A model generated the notes under the pieces. That model was not told the origin of the DNA. It saw nothing but the letters and a program-made list of their open reading frames with translations, and made no database searches. Position numbers and translations under genes: made by a program. DNA of 64,000 bases from Pseudogymnoascus verrucosus (lineage: Eukaryota): the NCBI GenBank assembly GCA_001662655.1, contig KV460213.1; one strand, written 5' to 3'. Positions 59,861 to 64,000 of the stretch are shown here, piece by piece (the stretch's first letter is position 1; each line of letters begins with the position of its first letter).

Positions 59861-62698
59861 ATGGCGGAAGCCGAAGAGGATTTCAGTGCCCTCCCCCTAC
59901 CCGATAGATTTCAGCACAAGGTATGACGAACCACAGATTCTGGAGCCAAGGCGAGCCCTGAGCTAACCCCTCCACAGAACTGGAAAGTACGAAAGGGTGG
60001 ATATGAAGACGCGGTCAAGCAATTCGAAGTCACACCAGATGAACATGATCCCGCGTTCAAGCCGTTCATCCAAGACTCGGGGAGTTTATGGAAGGGAGCC
60101 GCGGCGGACTCGAACGTTGCGGCACAGCAGGATGGTGTTGCTGCGCTTTGCGCATTTCTCAAATTTGGTGGGCGCGAATGCAGTACAAGGTAAGATGGGC
60201 TCTAATAGTTTGTCTGAGATTTATAATAACAATAGTAGAACACGAGGAAATGTCGTCTCATCTCTAGCTGAAAAGGGTCTCTCATCGACAAGGGCAGCAA
60301 CGAAAGCGTCGTCGCTCGAAGGGATATTGCTATATGTCGAACTTGATACAGCAGGCCCTGTGATCGAGGAGCTTCTCCCATCACTAGGCAACAAACAGCC
60401 CAAAGTTGTCGCTGCGACATTAGCTGCGCTGACGGCGATCTTCCACAACTTTGGATGCAAGACGGCCGACCCGAAACCTGTCTTGAAAATCCTCCCGAAG
60501 GCTTTTGGCCATGCAGACAAGAACGTCAGAGCAGAGGCCACCAACCTAACCCTCGAATTCTACCGCTGGCTGAGAGATGCTATGAAACCCATGTTCTGGG
60601 GAGAGCTGAAGCCTACGCAACAGACTGATTTGGAGGCACAGTTCGAGAAGCTCAAGGCGGAACCGGCACCGAAACAAGAACGCTTCCTACGATCCCAGCA
60701 AGCAGCAATGGCGCGTGCTCCACCGCCAGGCGCAGACGCAGGACCAGAAGAGGAGGAAGAGGAAGAGGAGGTCGTCGAAGTTGATGTTTTCGATTTGGCG
60801 GAACCACAAGACGTCCTATCGAAAGTGTCGCCAGATTTCAGCGACCAGTTAGCATCTTCCAAATGGAAGGAGCGAAAGGAAGCGTGTGAGGCTCTATTCA
60901 AGATTTTGGACGTCCCGAGAATCAAAGACGGTGATTACGGGGAGGTTACGAGGGGACTTGCGAAGTGCATGAAGGATGCTAACGTGGCGGTCGTTACAAC
61001 TGCTGCTAATTGTATCGAGGTTCTCGCCAAGGGCCTCCGGAAACCTTTCGGCAAATACCGCTCTACAATCATGGGACCCGTACTAGAGAGGCTCAAGGAG
61101 AAGAAGGTCGCCGTTTCCGACGCCCTAGGCGCCGCTCTCGACCAAGTCTTCATGGCCACAAGTCTCGGCGACTGCCTAGAGGAGATCCTAGAGTGCTTGA
61201 AACACAAGAACCCCCAAGTCAAAGAAGGCACAATGAAATTCCTCATCCGCTCCCTGAAAACCACGCGCGAAGCCCCCGCCAAGCCAGAAGTCGCATCCAT
61301 CGCCGAAGCCGGCAAGAAGCTCCTCTCCGAGTCGAGCGAGGGTCTCCGCTCCGGCGGCGCCGAGGTTCTAGGCACGCTCATGAAGATCATGGGCGAGCGC
61401 GCCATGGGGCCTCACCTCGAGGGCCTCGATGAGATCCGCAAAACCAAGATTAAGGAATTCTTCGACGCCGCAGAGGTCAAGGCGAAGGACAAGCCCAAGC
61501 CAGTCCCCCAAGCCGCCCCCCCCAAAGCCGCAGCCGCCCCAGCTGCTGCTAGAAAGGTCGTAGCTAAGAAGCCAGCCGCGGCGAAGAAGGCGCCAGCCCC
61601 GCCGAGCATCTACGCGCAGCAACCACAGGCCGCATTAGAGCCACAGCCCACAGCGCGCGGGGTCTCTAAACTCGGCCCGAAGCCTGGGCTTAAAGCGCCG
61701 ATCAAGCGGACACTCGCTGGCCCAGGCGGCGCACCAGCACCGAACTTGGCGTCACCCCGCCGACCGCTCAGTCAGGCGCCTGCACCGATGGAAGAGGAAG
61801 TCATACCCGCCCCGCGCATCGGCCTCGGTGGCCGCGGACTCGCCGGTCGCCCACTCGGCAAGCCCGCCCCAGCACCCCGCATGGACTCCCCCTCCCCACC
61901 TCCCTCCTCAGGCTTCTCCGCTCTCGAGAAAGCGGAACTCGATGAGTTGCGTCTCGATAAAGACAGGTTACTGCGTAACTGCGATGATCTGCGCCAAGAG
62001 CGATCGAGGCTCAATTCCGAGGTGCAGGAACTCCGCAACCAGAACGCGCAGTTGATTGAGGATCATACGAGGGATATGCTGAGTATAAAGGCGAAGGAGA
62101 CGCAGCTTGTCCGCGCGAGGAGCGAGGCCGAGGCCGCGGATGCGATGTGTGCCCAGCTCCGCCGCGAGATGGAGAGGTTGAAGCGCGCGTTGACTGCTGC
62201 TGAGCGCGCTGGGTCCGGGCCGGTGAGTCCTGGCGGCATGGGAGAGAGGAGCGTGAGCGGTGGGAGCGACGAGGCGGGTATCTATCGCGATACCGGTATG
62301 TATGGCCAAGAAAGCCGCCGGACGCCTGGGTTTGGCGGCAGAGGCGGTTACGGCGAGGAGAAGGAGAATGGGAATGGATATGAGAGTCCGGGGGCGGGGA
62401 TGAGGAAGCTGAGGAGTCCGGATTTGTTGAGCAGGGGGTTGTCGAGGACGGGGAGCACGAGTAGTGGGAGGAGTCCGGCGAGAGAGGCGTATAGGGGGGG
62501 GAGGGAGGCGAGTAATCCCAGCCCGGCGCCGGGGGATGGACAGCCGGTGGAGAGTTGGAAGAGGGCGGCGGAGGTGACGAGTGCGTTGAAGGCGAAGATT
62601 GAGCAGATGAAGGTTAGTCATGTTCGTGGGGGTGTAGTGATGAGTGATTGCTGACTGACTTTTGTGTTTAGGCGAGACAGGGGATTTCGAGGCCGTAG
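59861..62698 (+). CDS. STU2: XMAP215/Dis1 family microtubule polymerase (two TOG domains plus coiled coil), 4 exons
   Basis: MAEAEEDFSALPLPDRFQHK|NWKVRK, ADSNVAAQQ, FGHADKNVRAEA, SSKWKERKE, C-terminal ESWKRAAEVTSALKAKIEQMK|ARQG. Confidence 0.95.
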
Positions 62699-63063
62699 GT
62701 TTGACTGAGATACCACGAGGGGAAGGGGGGGGAACTATGTTGAAATAGGGGTTTGGGTTGGGTGTATGTACTGACAAGGGGGTCGACAACGGTTGACGCC
62801 AGGGCTGTAATGAGATGAAATGTGATGGCAGGACGGGCATTGGAGGCGTTTTGGGATGAACCGTCGGTGTGCGTGGCATGACCTTGTTGAATGAGTACGA
62901 GCACGAGACGAGATGAACCAAGAATAATTTTGGTGTGACTATGAATGGCATATATCATATATTTGAATGATTCCCCTACAGTACTCATATAGACAGGACG
63001 GTGTGGTCTAACATGGACCATTGTGGCATAGACGTCCCTAACAATGATATATCTAGCGACTAG

Positions 63064-63106
63064 CAAGTCACAGCACCGGCGGGCTGCTGACCGGTGCTGT
63101 GACTTG
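63064..63106. repeat. Perfect 16-bp inverted repeat with an 11-nt loop
   Basis: CAAGTCACAGCACCGG (63064-63079) / CCGGTGCTGTGACTTG (63091-63106). Confidence 0.95.
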
Positions 63107-64000
63107 GTGCCGGCTGCTGGCCGTTACATTTTCCGCTTTTGCGCATCGGTGAGTATATTTCACTGCTGTTGCGCATTTTCAGTTGAGATCGTGCGCAGCA
63201 GTATTGTGTGAATAGATTAAAGAGATGATTACATAACATGGCCCACCTATCCCATGTTCCTGTCTGTCGAGCTGTGTTGCCAGTTGTCGGCCCACGTGAT
63301 CTGTAGCAGCAAGTTGGTGCCTAGCCGGCTGGCGCTACACACCGGTTTCGCGGATTAGCAAACAGTTCTAGCCAATTCTGCGCACTTTCAATTATGGACC
63401 GTGTGCAGGGCTGTCACCTGTCTATAGCATTCTATGGAAGACGAATCCTTTGTATTACTAATAAAGAGATCACTCTATATCATCGCCATATGCAGCATGT
63501 TTGATTCTATAAGTCAGTGCACGTGATTCATAGGGGCAGGATTCCTGCCAGCTATCATTTCTCTGGCTTTGCGCACACTGAACTATAGTGCGCATATTCA
63601 AATTAAACATGCACTAGCTGGCATAACCTTCTGCCGATTTTGCCCACCACTAGACTTTTCTAGTGGTGTTTACGCGCTTCCCTGTCGAGGACCACAACGG
63701 GGTGGTCGCTCGGTGTGCAAGCGGCAGGAACGCGGCAGTCGGTAGCCAGCATCACGTTCCTCCACTCTTGCGCATTCACTACTAGATTTTAGTCACTGCT
63801 GCGCATTTTCAGATTGCCGGCCGTACACCGGCCAGAAAATTACAGGGATATAGTTAGTAAGGGACTCTTAGGGTTGGAGCTGCTGGATTTAGCAGAGTGC
63901 AGTTGCTGCTTTACGCACCCTCCACGCTACACCCAAATGCACGTGATCACAGATTGCATCACAGACCTGTTGGGGATAAATGGAGATGGTGCCGCAGCCA

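Noticed and set aside
61968..62951. 327-aa minus-strand ORF
   Set aside because: Antisense to the STU2 3' end and UTR, low complexity.

Overview
Eukaryotic, intron-containing filamentous ascomycete DNA. Evidence: short GT-AG introns with CTRAY branch points, an intron-containing tRNA and RIP-like mutated transposons. A Leotiomycete such as Pseudogymnoascus is my impression only, not a demonstrated assignment. Bases 1-1.7 kb hold three nested, partly RIP-mutated Fot1/pogo-type DNA transposon pieces. The rest is a gene-dense stretch of about 27 protein-coding loci plus one tRNA. In order: NUDIX hydrolase, ATG29, tRNA-Pro(AGG), CFEM GPI protein, acyl-CoA dehydrogenase, small orphan, CE5-CBM1 acetylxylan esterase, betaine lipid synthase BTA1, Psg1-like protein, an SDR pseudogene with three lesions, telobox Myb protein, GDT1, MFS transporter, mitochondrial thioredoxin-like protein, L-rhamnose mutarotase, YAE1, Vps62-like protein, GH18 chitinase, NPR2, Rrg1/Efm2-like methyltransferase, two orphans, FWD-1/beta-TrCP, CDC24, SPP382/TFIP11 and STU2/Alp14. 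The least explained items are: (i) an orphan pair at 42.8-46.6 kb, including an 802-aa gene I spliced by hand whose first three exons each encode one Myb/HTH-like module; (ii) a non-coding block at 63.06-64.0 kb with two hairpins, 8 TGCGCA and 3 CACGTGAT; (iii) a degenerate ~81-bp tandem array at 38.5-39.0 kb; (iv) a tRNA-Pro with an A53-U61 pair. I see no CRISPR array, rRNA or secondary-metabolite cluster. All family names come from motif recognition by eye, not from database searches.
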